Assembly (NCBI GenBank): GCA_001777575.1
Contig: MFEL01000018.1
Coordinates: 8,264-72,263, forward strand
DNA length: 64,000 bases
Direction of reading: 5' to 3'
Origin: Candidatus Doudnabacteria bacterium RIFCSPHIGHO2_01_FULL_46_24
GTDB lineage: Bacteria; Patescibacteriota; Doudnabacteria; UBA920; O2-02-FULL-48-8
The notes beneath the pieces were generated by a model, which did no database searches, was not told the origin of the DNA, and saw only the letters and a program-made list of their open reading frames with translations. Each line of letters begins with the position of its first letter. Within the stretch, counting starts at the first letter, position 1. The position numbers were made by a program, and so were the translations under genes. Below are positions 30,720 through 40,264 of this stretch, in pieces.

Positions 30720-32576
30720 ATGCAAAAAAGCTTAACAGATAAAATCAAAGAACTTCCCAACCAACCCGGGGTCTATATTTTCAAAGACGCCAAGGGTTTG
30801 ATTTTATATGTCGGCAAGGCGATTAACCTGCACAACCGCGTGCGGTCGTACTTTCGGGAGAGGCATCCTCCTGGCAGAGCGCCAATCTTGGAGGATGCCC
30901 CTCCACGCATCCAGCTCATGATTTCTCAAATCGCTGATCTAGATTACACAATCACGGACAATGAGCTGGAGAGCCTGCTTTTGGAAAACAACTTTATCAA
31001 GCAGCTTAAACCCAAATACAATATCTTGATGCGGGATGATAAAAATTATCTGTTCATCAAGATTAACATCAAGGACGAAATTCCCACGATCGGCTATGAC
31101 CGGAAACCAAGTGATAAGAATGCCAGATATTTCGGGCCTTATACTTCCAGCATTGCCATCAAAGACAATCTGCGTCTGGTGCGCAAAATCTTTCCTTACT
31201 GCGCCAACAAAAAAATCACAGGCAAGCCTTGTTTTTATTTCCACATCGGCAAATGCCCGGGCGTGTGCGTGGGTAAAATTTCGCTGGCAGAGTATCGCCA
31301 AAACTACATCGGAAAAATTATCCAATTTTTGCAGGGCAAGCAATTGGAAATTCTCAAAAATCTAAAACTCCAAATGCAGGGATATGCGCGGAGTAAAATG
31401 TTTGAAAAAGCCGCCAAAGTCCGCGACCAAATTTATGCGCTTAACCGGGTGTTAGAACGACAAAAACTGGTCTATCCCAAAAAAGTTGACCAGGATGTAT
31501 TCAGCATCCATGTCGAAGCATCAATCGCCTGCGTCAATTTGTTTATAATCCGCGAAGGCAAGCTGATCAGGAAAGAAAATTTTATTCTGGAAAACACCAA
31601 GGGCGCTCAAGTTGCAAAAATCCTCTCGGAATTTTTGCCTAGATATTATTTGGAGGCCACAGATTGGCCGAGGGAGATTCTGGTGCCGGCCTTGGAGGGG
31701 CATCCTCCCAGACTGGCGCGCGGCGAGGAGGATGCCCCTCCACCAAAAATTCTCGTCCCCACCCGCGGGCAGAAACTCAAGCTCATCAAACTCGGCGAAC
31801 TAAACGCCAAGCAATTCCTGGAAGCTCAATCAGACAAACATCTGTTGGAGGAGGCTCGGCTGATGAGTGCTCTGAAAGAGCTGCAACGAGTCTTAAATCT
31901 CAAAAAATTGCCTGGCCGGATCGAAGCTTACGATATCTCCAACATCCAAGGCAGGCACGCGGTAGGCTCTATGGTCGTGTTTGACTATGGACATCCGAAA
32001 AAAGAAGATTACCGGCGATTTAAGATTAAACGCCAGACCGTGTCCGCCGAAGGCTCGCCGAAGGCGGATGACTTCGCGATGATGCGGGAAGTTCTCACTA
32101 GGCGCTTTGGAAAAACAATAACTGTTAACAATAACGATAACCGCTCATGGCCGCTGCCTGACCTCATTCTCATCGACGGTGGACGCGGCCAACTCAATGC
32201 CGCCCAATCCGTAATTCGTAATTCGCAATTCGTAATTCCCGCAATTGGCCTCGCCAAGCGCCTGGAAGAAATCTTCGTTCCCGGACAATCCAAATCTTTA
32301 ATCCTACAACCGAACTCAATAGCGCTATTCTTGTTACAAAGGATCCGCGATGAGGCCCACCGCTTCGCCGTCACTTACCACCGCAAACTCCGCTCAAAAG
32401 CAGCCAAGGCTTCGGCCCTGGACCAAATTCCAGGCATCGGAAATGCAAAAAAACGAAAAATCCTGGCTTATTTCGGATCTGTGGCTAAAATCCGCCAAGC
32501 TCCCTTGGGAGAACTTGCCCAAATCGTCGGCAACGCGCTGGCCGAAAAAATCAAAGCCAGCCTGCCTGACCGGTAG
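30720..32576 (+). CDS. uvrC: Excinuclease ABC subunit C
   Basis: GIY-YIG 'PGVYIF...YVGKA..L..RV.SYF', 'IEAYDISN', 'DLILIDGG.GQL', 'RDEAHRFA'; ATG 30720. Confidence 0.98.
   Translation: MQKSLTDKIKELPNQPGVYIFKDAKGLILYVGKAINLHNRVRSYFRERHPPGRAPILEDAPPRIQLMISQIADLDYTITDNELESLLLENNFIKQLKPKYNILMRDDKNYLFIKINIKDEIPTIGYDRKPSDKNARYFGPYTSSIAIKDNLRLVRKIFPYCANKKITGKPCFYFHIGKCPGVCVGKISLAEYRQNYIGKIIQFLQGKQLEILKNLKLQMQGYARSKMFEKAAKVRDQIYALNRVLERQKLVYPKKVDQDVFSIHVEASIACVNLFIIREGKLIRKENFILENTKGAQVAKILSEFLPRYYLEATDWPREILVPALEGHPPRLARGEEDAPPPKILVPTRGQKLKLIKLGELNAKQFLEAQSDKHLLEEARLMSALKELQRVLNLKKLPGRIEAYDISNIQGRHAVGSMVVFDYGHPKKEDYRRFKIKRQTVSAEGSPKADDFAMMREVLTRRFGKTITVNNNDNRSWPLPDLILIDGGRGQLNAAQSVIRNSQFVIPAIGLAKRLEEIFVPGQSKSLILQPNSIALFLLQRIRDEAHRFAVTYHRKLRSKAAKASALDQIPGIGNAKKRKILAYFGSVAKIRQAPLGELAQIVGNALAEKIKASLPDR
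30857..30904. repeat. Family A element, in frame within uvrC (copy 1)
   Basis: GGAGAGGCATCCTCC-18nt-GGAGGATGCCCCTCC; encodes ERHPPGRAPILEDAPP. Confidence 0.9.
31694..31741. repeat. Family A element, in frame within uvrC (copy 2, spacer in opposite orientation)
   Basis: GGAGGGGCATCCTCC-18nt-GGAGGATGCCCCTCC; encodes EGHPPRLARGEEDAPP. Confidence 0.9.
32041..32070. repeat. Family B hairpin, in frame within uvrC
   Basis: TGTCCGCCGAAGGCTCGCCGAAGGCGGATG; encodes SAEGSPKAD. Confidence 0.75.
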
Positions 32577-32627
32577 CAGGCCTTTGACATATTCCAATAC
32601 TTTTGGCAAAATATCAAGGCTTATTCA

Positions 32628-32727
32628 TCCCGTTAGAAATTGATATAGCCAGTATTAATCGTAACGCAATATCTGACGAGGATCGAGAAATGGCAAGATA
32701 GCATAATTAACCAGTTTCTAAACGGGA
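32628..32727. mobile_element. MITE-like family C element abutting the secG start
   Basis: TCCCGTTAGAAA...TTTCTAAACGGGA. Confidence 0.72.
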
Positions 32728-32951
32728 TGAATCTTAAAGATATTTTCACTTTCAGCCTGATTGGTGTCTCGGTGCTGCTGGTCATCGTCATTCTCCTTCA
32801 GCAGAAAGAGGGCGGGTTATCCACCGTCTTTGGCGGGGAGGGCACGGTTTACCGCCAAAAGCGAGGCTTGGCCAAAGGTTTGCATTATTTCACCGTTGTC
32901 TTGGCGGTGCTGTTCATCGCCTTAAGCATTATGGTACTGTTCATGCAATAA
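32727..32951 (+). CDS. secG: Preprotein translocase subunit SecG
   Basis: Two TMs, 'ILLQQKEGGLSTVFGG', 'RG..K.L...TVVLAVLF'. Confidence 0.92.
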   Translation: MNLKDIFTFSLIGVSVLLVIVILLQQKEGGLSTVFGGEGTVYRQKRGLAKGLHYFTVVLAVLFIALSIMVLFMQ

Positions 32952-34771
32952 TGCCAAAATTTTTCTCCAATTTCCCAAAGACCCCGCAAGGTCTTTTTTC
33001 ACAAATACGGGAAGCCGCTAAACACTCTGCCCGCTTCTTAGTCAAGCTGACAATCGAAGCGATTAAGGGCTTGGGCGCGGTTAAACATTCTCGGCCGCAT
33101 CACGCGCTTAAAATCTTCAAAGGCCTTACGCGGAAAGATCTGCTCACGCTGACTGGTTTTGTTTTGCTTATCGCCTTCGGCTCAATATTGGTCCGGGCCA
33201 GTGGCCGCATTCCAGATGGGCAGCCGGATTTCGGGGGGGAATACACGGAAGGGTTAGTCGGCCAGCCACAATTCTTAAACCCAGTGCTTTCTGCCGCCTC
33301 CGGCGTGGATTCTGACATTACGCGAATCATCTACGCCCAGCTTTTGAAATTCGACAAAGACCTCAAGCTCATTCCCGATCTCGCCGAAAACTTGCCGACA
33401 ATCTCTGCGGACCAAAAAACCTATACCATCAAACTCAAGCCCAATCTCAAATGGCAGGATGGCCGGGCAATCCTCTCTGATGACGTTGTTTACACGGTCC
33501 AGACCATCCAAAATTCGGCGTTCGAATCGCCGCTTCGCGCCAATTTCAGCCGCGTCAAAATCGAAAAAGTTGATGATCTGACCATCAACTTCGTGCTCCG
33601 GGAAGTTTCGGCTTCTTTCATCATCAATCTCACTTTAGCCCCCTTGCCCAGGCACATGTGGGAAAACCTACCTCCCACCAACTTCCGGCTGACTGACCTC
33701 AATCTCAAACCTATTGGCAGTGGCCCGTTTGTCGTCCGAGAACTCAAAAAAACTTCGGACGGGACGGTCAAATCCATCACTCTCAAAGCCAATGATAATT
33801 ATTATGCCGGCCGGCCTTTCCTCGACCGCATCATTTTCAAATTTTATCTGGATTATGACGGATTGATCAACGCCTACCAGTCCAAGGAGATTCAAGGGAT
33901 TGGGTACTTGCCTTTTGACAAAAAAATGTTTGTCGAAAGCTCCGATCGCCTCAATCAGCATCGCATCAACATCCCGCAATACCAGGCCGTTTTTTTCAAC
34001 CTCTCCAAAAATTCGGTGCTGATTGACAAGGCCGTAAGGCAAGGGTTGTGGCTGGCTACAAATAGGCAAACGGTCATCGATGAAGTTTACGGCGGGTTTG
34101 CCAGAGCGGCCTCCGGACCCATCCTGGAAGGAAATCTGGGCTATAATCCGCAAGTGGCAGAACGCACTCACACCGATCTAAATGAAGCGGCGGCAATTTT
34201 GGACAAAGCGGGATGGGTTCTGGACCCCGAGACTGGGGTGCGCGCCAAGTCCGTTTCTGGCGGAAAAAAACCGCTCGAGTTCACCTTAGCCACCAACAAC
34301 TTCGTGCTCAATGTCAAAACCGCGCAAATTCTACAGAAACAGTGGGAGCAGTTGGGTGTTAACGTGCGCCTAACCATCGTCTCGGCCAATGAATTGGAAC
34401 AACAGTACATCCGGCCGAGAAACTTCGATGCCCTGCTGTTTTCCGAAAATACCGGTGCCGATCCAGATCCATTCGCCTTCTGGCACTCTTCGCAGTCGCG
34501 CGATCCTGGCCTGAACCTTTCCGGATTCAGCAACGCCGAGGTTGACCGGCTCCTGACAACGGCCCGCCAGACTTTTGACACCAATGTTCGTGACCAGAAT
34601 TACAAGCAGTTCCAGATGATCGTCACAGACTCCATCCCGGCCATTTTCTTGGACAGCGCCGTATTTGTTTACAACCTGCCCAAAAAACTGCAGGGTGTTG
34701 AATTTTCGACCATCATCGCCCCGTCCGAACGCTTCTGGAACATCCACCAGTGGTATATTGAAACGAGGTGA
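32951..34771 (+). CDS. ABC transporter peptide-binding protein (SBP family 5, OppA/DppA-like)
   Basis: 'LNPVL', 'PDLAE', 'KWQDG....DDVVYT', 'PIGSGPF', 'DPDPFAFWHSSQ'. Confidence 0.9.
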   Translation: MPKFFSNFPKTPQGLFSQIREAAKHSARFLVKLTIEAIKGLGAVKHSRPHHALKIFKGLTRKDLLTLTGFVLLIAFGSILVRASGRIPDGQPDFGGEYTEGLVGQPQFLNPVLSAASGVDSDITRIIYAQLLKFDKDLKLIPDLAENLPTISADQKTYTIKLKPNLKWQDGRAILSDDVVYTVQTIQNSAFESPLRANFSRVKIEKVDDLTINFVLREVSASFIINLTLAPLPRHMWENLPPTNFRLTDLNLKPIGSGPFVVRELKKTSDGTVKSITLKANDNYYAGRPFLDRIIFKFYLDYDGLINAYQSKEIQGIGYLPFDKKMFVESSDRLNQHRINIPQYQAVFFNLSKNSVLIDKAVRQGLWLATNRQTVIDEVYGGFARAASGPILEGNLGYNPQVAERTHTDLNEAAAILDKAGWVLDPETGVRAKSVSGGKKPLEFTLATNNFVLNVKTAQILQKQWEQLGVNVRLTIVSANELEQQYIRPRNFDALLFSENTGADPDPFAFWHSSQSRDPGLNLSGFSNAEVDRLLTTARQTFDTNVRDQNYKQFQMIVTDSIPAIFLDSAVFVYNLPKKLQGVEFSTIIAPSERFWNIHQWYIETR

Positions 34772-34805
34772 GGAATAAGATAAAATAAGTTGTTGAGAGC
34801 CGATG

Positions 34806-34863
34806 GGGCACGTGGCGGAACCCGCGCACCAAAGCATAGCTTGGTGCAGCGCAGGCTGACATA
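34806..34863 (+). pseudogene. 5' fragment of a second tRNA-Leu, interrupted by a hairpin insert
   Basis: GGGCACGTGGCGGAA[35-nt hairpin]CTGACATA; acceptor strand complementary to 35073-35079. Confidence 0.55.
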
Positions 34864-34921
34864 TTTACCCCGTACTAATTTTGCTCGAGTGGTGAAATGG
34901 CATTGGTTGTGTGCAGTTGGC

Positions 34922-35008
34922 GGGCGTGTGGCGGAACTGGCATACGCGCACGCTTCAGGAGCGTGTGGGAGCAATCCCGTGAGAGTTCAAATCTCTCCAC
35001 GCCCACCA
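34922..35008 (+). tRNA. tRNA-Leu(CAG)
   Basis: GGGCGTG/CACGCCC acceptor stem, anticodon arm CACGC-TTCAGGA-GCGTG, long variable arm, CCA. Confidence 0.95.
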
Positions 35009-35040
35009 ACTGCTCATAACACGTCCCGCCAACGACGGGA

Positions 35041-35083
35041 TGGGAGCAATCCCGTGAGAGTTCAAATCCTCTCGTGCCCACCA
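35041..35083 (+). pseudogene. 3' fragment of tRNA-Leu (variable arm, T arm, acceptor, CCA)
   Basis: TGGGAGCAATCCCGTGAGAGTTCAAATC repeated from the intact gene; ends CGTGCCCACCA. Confidence 0.7.
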
Positions 35084-35184
35084 AAAAAACATAAAGCTGA
35101 AGCCTTATGTTTTTTTATCCCCACACCAAAATTTGGTGTGGGGATTTATTTTAATCAGTCAGTGCGTAAGCCCTTAGCTTTAAA

Positions 35185-36318
35185 TTATTCCGGCCCTTTG
35201 ATCCCAGATTTGAGCGCGGTTACAAACATTACGATTAGAACTATGGCGGCAAAACCGATTCCCAACCATGGCAGCCACGGCAGGCGCTCGGTTAGCCGGC
35301 TTTCTTCGTTGTCACAAGCATCACCAATTTTATCTGAATCAGTATCTTGCTGGCCGTTGTTGGGCTGGTCCGGGCAGTTATCCTGACTATTGATCAAGCC
35401 GTCGCGGTCAAAGTCATCGCAAGCGTCACCGCGGCCATTGGCGTTAATGTCCGCCTGGTCAGTATTGGCCTCGGACACGCAATTATCATTCACGTCCGGG
35501 ATATTGTCGCCATCAATATCCGCTCTGACAAAAAATTGATTGCGTTGTGAGAAGAGTGAGCCTATTTTCAAAACATCTTGGTCGCTTGTTAGATTTGCCG
35601 ATTCCCCGACTGTCATTGAAACCCACCTGTCGGAATCAAAGTAAATTTGATACTCGCGGTTGGGCTGAGCCAAAAATCTCAAGGCGTCTGCTTTGACTTG
35701 TACAGCGTTTTCTTGAGCCAACCGCAGTTCGGCGATTCGCAGAGGCTGGCTGTAGGTAAAATTAATAAACCACTGGCTCGCCGAGGTTTTCGGGAAGCGG
35801 ACGGTTTCCACCAGCATGGAAGTTTTAGCCAGGACTGTTTTGTACCCCGCGTTCGAGTCGAACGTCTGGATCTCGACAGTATTAGGCAAGGCCACATAGT
35901 TATCCAGCAAGGCCGACAAGGAAGAAGATGTGATCGGCGATTGGCTGTTAATCATAATTTGAGCGCTTCCCGGACCTTCTGCTGGCAATAAAAATTCGGT
36001 ATAAGTCTGGAAATTGCCATCAACCATGGATGAAGTATTGGAATTATTATCGGAGCTGACGGTGAAAACAATCTGGTTGGTCAGAGTCTTTTGCTTAAAA
36101 TAATACGGTTGAAAAGCATCAGTGCTCTTATCCAGCACGGCAAAATCAAAGCGCTCAACAAATTCCTGGTCAAACGGCACTTCCACTACAGTGGGCACGC
36201 TGATGGGAAGCTGGTCTACATCTTTAAATTGCCTAAACGCTGAAATTTCAGGGCTAGCGGCAGATGCCAATTGCCCAAAGACCAGGCTGGTTATTATGAC
36301 AAAAATTTTTGAAGGCAT
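35185..36318 (-). CDS. Secreted protein with thrombospondin type-3 Ca-binding repeats and C-terminal TM
   Basis: 'DIDGDNIPDVNDNC...N.DQAD....GRGDACD' repeats. Confidence 0.85.
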   Translation of the reverse strand: MPSKIFVIITSLVFGQLASAASPEISAFRQFKDVDQLPISVPTVVEVPFDQEFVERFDFAVLDKSTDAFQPYYFKQKTLTNQIVFTVSSDNNSNTSSMVDGNFQTYTEFLLPAEGPGSAQIMINSQSPITSSSLSALLDNYVALPNTVEIQTFDSNAGYKTVLAKTSMLVETVRFPKTSASQWFINFTYSQPLRIAELRLAQENAVQVKADALRFLAQPNREYQIYFDSDRWVSMTVGESANLTSDQDVLKIGSLFSQRNQFFVRADIDGDNIPDVNDNCVSEANTDQADINANGRGDACDDFDRDGLINSQDNCPDQPNNGQQDTDSDKIGDACDNEESRLTERLPWLPWLGIGFAAIVLIVMFVTALKSGIKGPE

Positions 36319-36321
36319 GAA

Positions 36322-38028
36322 TTATGATTTCTTGCGGCCGATGAAAGCCGTACTCATGAGCAGAGCGCCTATGAGGAAGAAAGTGATGATGCGTCCGGCA
36401 AGCTGCATTTTCCAGACATCCACAAACAACAATCTTAAGACCACAAATCCCAAAAGCAACCCGGCATAAACTCGCAGTTCCTTGCTTTCCTTTAATCCGG
36501 CGTAAATATAAATCGCCAAACCGATCAAAGTGTAGATAATCAAAGCGATCATCACCGCCAGGTCTTTATTCACAAGCCCTGCTTGCAAAGACAGCCAGAG
36601 TAGAAGGTAAAAATACATAGACCCAGCCACAAGCAAAATTACTTCCAACTGATCAGGCTTGGTCTTGATCAGCTTGGTTTCCAAAAAGAAAAACAACCCA
36701 AGGCCGAAAATCGCCAAACCTAAAATTAGTAGGACAAAAAAATCTTCATGGATAACGCCCACCGACCAAGCTCGGGAGGTGACACTCGAAAAAGACAGTA
36801 AAACTGGCCCAATTAAAAGCATGCTCAAACGCTTTGATATATCTAAATCCTTCAACAGTAGGTAAGCCACAAGGCAAATAATCGCGGCCTCAACCGTGTA
36901 AGCAATGGTTAGAGCCGCCCCTTGCAATTGGGCAGCAGTGGCAGCCGCAATCATGGCAACGCCCACGCCGGCATAAACGTAAAACGGCTCATTTCTCCGG
37001 GTCAATTTGAAAATCAAGAAAGCGCCTGACACAAATACGATCATCCAAGCACTTATGATCAGACTCTTCCATTGATCAGGGGCCGCAACCCAAATCCAAA
37101 TCAACAAAAACAAGCCGTTACCCCCGGCGGCGATGATATCAGGCAAAACATCTCCGACTTTCCTCTTCAGGATCCCCAACGTGTTGGTGAGAAAAAAAAT
37201 CGCGGCAAAGCCGTAAGCAAAAGGAAGTAGAAGACTTCTGTAAGTACTAATATATAAAAAATGCGGCGCGCTGTAAAACACAACAAGCAAAAGCGCCGCA
37301 ACAGTCAGGTCGCGCCAGCCTGTTATGGCTACAATCCAAATGGTGCCCAGTACGACCACGATCAGATATGAAAAAAGTTGGACAAAATCCGACTGGGGTG
37401 AATTAGTCAAAAACGGGGCAATGCCAGCCAAGATCAGACTGACTAAAGCCAGCGATTTGACCTTAAACTTAACGCTAGCTGTGGCCACGAAAGCAACCGA
37501 AATAAACATCACCGCCAGAGCCGTGACTGGAGTGAAGAATCCGTAAATTTCCCTGGCCGCAAAAATCGTCAACAAAATAACGGTTGAACCCAAAACCATA
37601 AACACTGAACCTTGATGGATCCAAGTCCTAATCCGCCACCAGCCCAAAATCAAAATCAACGCCCCTGCCACAATTCCGAGCGTGATCCTGCCCATGGGGC
37701 CAATCCAATTATTCAAAAACGCGTAAGTTGTCAACCAGCCAAATCCAATCAGCAACAACAGGGCTCCCAATTTCAAGAGCCAGTCTTCTTTTAGCCAATT
37801 AAAAAATAATGTCGGCCAGTTCGGCCCGAGTTGAATCGGAGCCGCGGCCGGTTGCGGTTGGGTTAAAGTAGGCGGCATCTGTCCTGGCACTTGAGCCTGG
37901 ATTTGAGATTGCTCAGCTGGGTTGTTTTGAGCTTTATGAAGCTCGCGTTCCAGCCTGCTTACCCGACCCTTAAGATTAAAAACCAGGACAAAAAGGATAA
38001 TTACACCGATAAATAGAAGGAGTTCCAT
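36322..38028 (-). CDS. DUF2339 family multi-pass membrane protein
   Basis: 'WLLKLGALLLLIG..WL..YAF.NNWIGP.GRI', C-terminal 'RLLFVDVW....GRIITF'. Confidence 0.85.
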   Translation of the reverse strand: MELLLFIGVIILFVLVFNLKGRVSRLERELHKAQNNPAEQSQIQAQVPGQMPPTLTQPQPAAAPIQLGPNWPTLFFNWLKEDWLLKLGALLLLIGFGWLTTYAFLNNWIGPMGRITLGIVAGALILILGWWRIRTWIHQGSVFMVLGSTVILLTIFAAREIYGFFTPVTALAVMFISVAFVATASVKFKVKSLALVSLILAGIAPFLTNSPQSDFVQLFSYLIVVVLGTIWIVAITGWRDLTVAALLLVVFYSAPHFLYISTYRSLLLPFAYGFAAIFFLTNTLGILKRKVGDVLPDIIAAGGNGLFLLIWIWVAAPDQWKSLIISAWMIVFVSGAFLIFKLTRRNEPFYVYAGVGVAMIAAATAAQLQGAALTIAYTVEAAIICLVAYLLLKDLDISKRLSMLLIGPVLLSFSSVTSRAWSVGVIHEDFFVLLILGLAIFGLGLFFFLETKLIKTKPDQLEVILLVAGSMYFYLLLWLSLQAGLVNKDLAVMIALIIYTLIGLAIYIYAGLKESKELRVYAGLLLGFVVLRLLFVDVWKMQLAGRIITFFLIGALLMSTAFIGRKKS

Positions 38029-38060
38029 ATGCCCGAATTATACCATACCAGGACGCCGGA

Positions 38061-38089
38061 TTGACTAAATCAAGAAAAGGGTGTATAAT
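38061..38089 (+). promoter_or_regulatory. Promoter upstream of rnj
   Basis: TTGACT-17nt-TATAAT. Confidence 0.65.
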
Positions 38090-38274
38090 ATATAAAAGAG
38101 TATTTCATGCCGCTTTAGGCGGATTTTTCGAAAGTTGACAAAAAACAGTTAATTACTGCTAATTGATTGTCTTGTGTTAACTTGAGTTTCCACAGGCCAG
38201 CGGTCCAGCCCTGCCTGAAACTCATAAACTATAATATAACCCCGCTGACACACGGGAGAAAGTGTTTTGTGCAT

Positions 38275-40059
38275 ATGATTATGCGTAGGCAAGCTGTGGT
38301 CATGCCTAGCGCCCCGCTTCGCCCGCGAAGCGAGGCGAGCAGGCAGGCTGAACGAGTTCAACAGCATACAGCCCAAAAACAGCCAGACTCCAAACTGACG
38401 CTCAAAGTAATTCCTTTGGGCGGCATTGAGGAAGTCGGGGAAAACATGACCGTACTGGAGTACGGCGACGATATCTTGGTCATTGACGCCGGCATCGGGT
38501 TTCCGGACGAAACCATGCCCGGGATTGATTACATCATCCCCAACACCAAGTACCTAGAGGATAACAAAAAGAAAATCAGGGGGATGATCATCACTCACGG
38601 CCACTTGGATCACATTGGCGCCATTCCTTACATCATGCCCAAAATCGGTGATCCGCCGATTTACACCATGAAATTAACGGGCGAATTCATCAAAAAGCGA
38701 CTGGAAGAATTCCACCTACTCGGCCGCTCCACCATCCACGAAGTCAACAAGGACGACGTACTGACGCTGGGCAATTTCCGCATCCGGTTTTTCCGCCTCA
38801 ATCACAACATTCCGGACAGCGTCGGGTTGGCCATCAACACTCCAGCCGGACTTCTGGTTTACGCCACGGACTGGAAATTTGACCACACGCCCGTAGACGG
38901 CAAGCCTACGGAATTCGGCAAACTCGCGCAATTCGGCGCGGAAGGGGTGGCGCTTCTCATGTCTGACTCGACCAACGCCGAAAAACCCGGCTATTCCATG
39001 TCCGAAAAAACATTGGGCGAAACCATTGACCGACTGCTTTTAGAAGCCAAAGGCCGCGTGATTTTTGCGACCTTCTCGACCCTTATCGGCCGGGTGCAGC
39101 AGCTTTTGGATGCTGCGCACAAAAGCAACCGCAAAGTGGTCATCACCGGCCGTTCCTTGGTCAACAGCGTAGAAATTTGCCTATCCACCAACTATCTCCA
39201 GCTGCCGGCCAAGGGCATGATCATCAAAATGGATCAAGCCAAACGGCTGCCTGACAACCAAGTTGTCATTCTCACCACGGGTTCACAAGGCGAAGAATTT
39301 TCGGCCCTGGCCAGAATCTCGCGCAGCGAGCACAAGACGATTCAGATCAAAAAGGGTGACACGGCCGTCGTGTCCGCTTCGCCCATTCCGGGCAACGAAC
39401 GCTCGATTTCCTCCACACTTTCGAACCTCGCTCGTCTCGGTGCAAAAGTCTTGTACATGAAAATTCTGGACATCCACACCTCAGGCCACGCTTACCAGGA
39501 AGATCTGAAGCTCATGGTAGCGCTGACCCGGCCAAAAAACTTCATGCCCATCCACGGTGAATACCACATGCTTGTGGCGCACGCCAATCTGGCCCGCGAC
39601 GTCGGCGTGCCGGAATCAAATATCTTCACACTCAACAATGGGCAGATGCTGGAATTAAGTTCAGCCGGAGTCGGCGTGAAAGAAGCCAGAATCCCGACCG
39701 GCTATGTTTTCGTGGACGGCTTGGGGGTTGGGGATGTCGGCGAAGTGGTGCTGCGAGATCGCCAGGTCATGAGCCAGGACGGCATGTTCGTGGTCATTAT
39801 GACCATCGACAAAAAAACGGGCAAACTGACGCAACAGCCAGACATAATTTCTCGCGGCTTCATCTACATGAAGGGTTCTGAGGATTTGCTCAAGGAAGTC
39901 AAACATGAAGTCCGTAAGGTCGTGGAGACCAAAAACAAAAAACCCTCTGAGGCCAACTGGGCCTATATCCGCTCTGAGGTCCGCGACCAAATCGGGGAAT
40001 TCCTCTATCAGCGAACCGAAAGACGCCCAATGATACTCCCAGTTGTGATTGAAGTATAA
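38275..40059 (+). CDS. rnj: Ribonuclease J (start uncertain)
   Basis: 'PLGG.EEVG.NM', 'THGHLDHIG', 'HTSGH', 'P.HGE', ends 'RRPMILPVVIEV'. Confidence 0.97.
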   Translation: MIMRRQAVVMPSAPLRPRSEASRQAERVQQHTAQKQPDSKLTLKVIPLGGIEEVGENMTVLEYGDDILVIDAGIGFPDETMPGIDYIIPNTKYLEDNKKKIRGMIITHGHLDHIGAIPYIMPKIGDPPIYTMKLTGEFIKKRLEEFHLLGRSTIHEVNKDDVLTLGNFRIRFFRLNHNIPDSVGLAINTPAGLLVYATDWKFDHTPVDGKPTEFGKLAQFGAEGVALLMSDSTNAEKPGYSMSEKTLGETIDRLLLEAKGRVIFATFSTLIGRVQQLLDAAHKSNRKVVITGRSLVNSVEICLSTNYLQLPAKGMIIKMDQAKRLPDNQVVILTTGSQGEEFSALARISRSEHKTIQIKKGDTAVVSASPIPGNERSISSTLSNLARLGAKVLYMKILDIHTSGHAYQEDLKLMVALTRPKNFMPIHGEYHMLVAHANLARDVGVPESNIFTLNNGQMLELSSAGVGVKEARIPTGYVFVDGLGVGDVGEVVLRDRQVMSQDGMFVVIMTIDKKTGKLTQQPDIISRGFIYMKGSEDLLKEVKHEVRKVVETKNKKPSEANWAYIRSEVRDQIGEFLYQRTERRPMILPVVIEV

Positions 40060-40113
40060 AGTCACTCAGCGTGAGTCTCGCCCCGCACCGGAGCGACAGC
40101 GACTGGTGCGGGG

Positions 40114-40167
40114 TATCAGCGCACCGAGCGCCGGCCGATGATTCTTCCTGTGGTAATTGAGGTATAA
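40114..40167 (+). repeat. Synonymously recoded duplicate of the last 17 rnj codons plus stop
   Basis: Encodes YQRTERRPMILPVVIEV*, as does 40006-40059. Confidence 0.9.
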
Positions 40168-40264
40168 TTAAAAAAACAATTACGGATTGCGGATTAACGA
40201 ATTGCCAATTCGTAATTCGTTAATTCGTAATTTTTTAATTTTAGAGTTATAATAAACTCACTCT

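Noticed and set aside
34790-35386. 198-aa ORF
   Set aside because: It runs through tRNA-Leu and its fragments and is antisense to the TSP3 gene; spurious.
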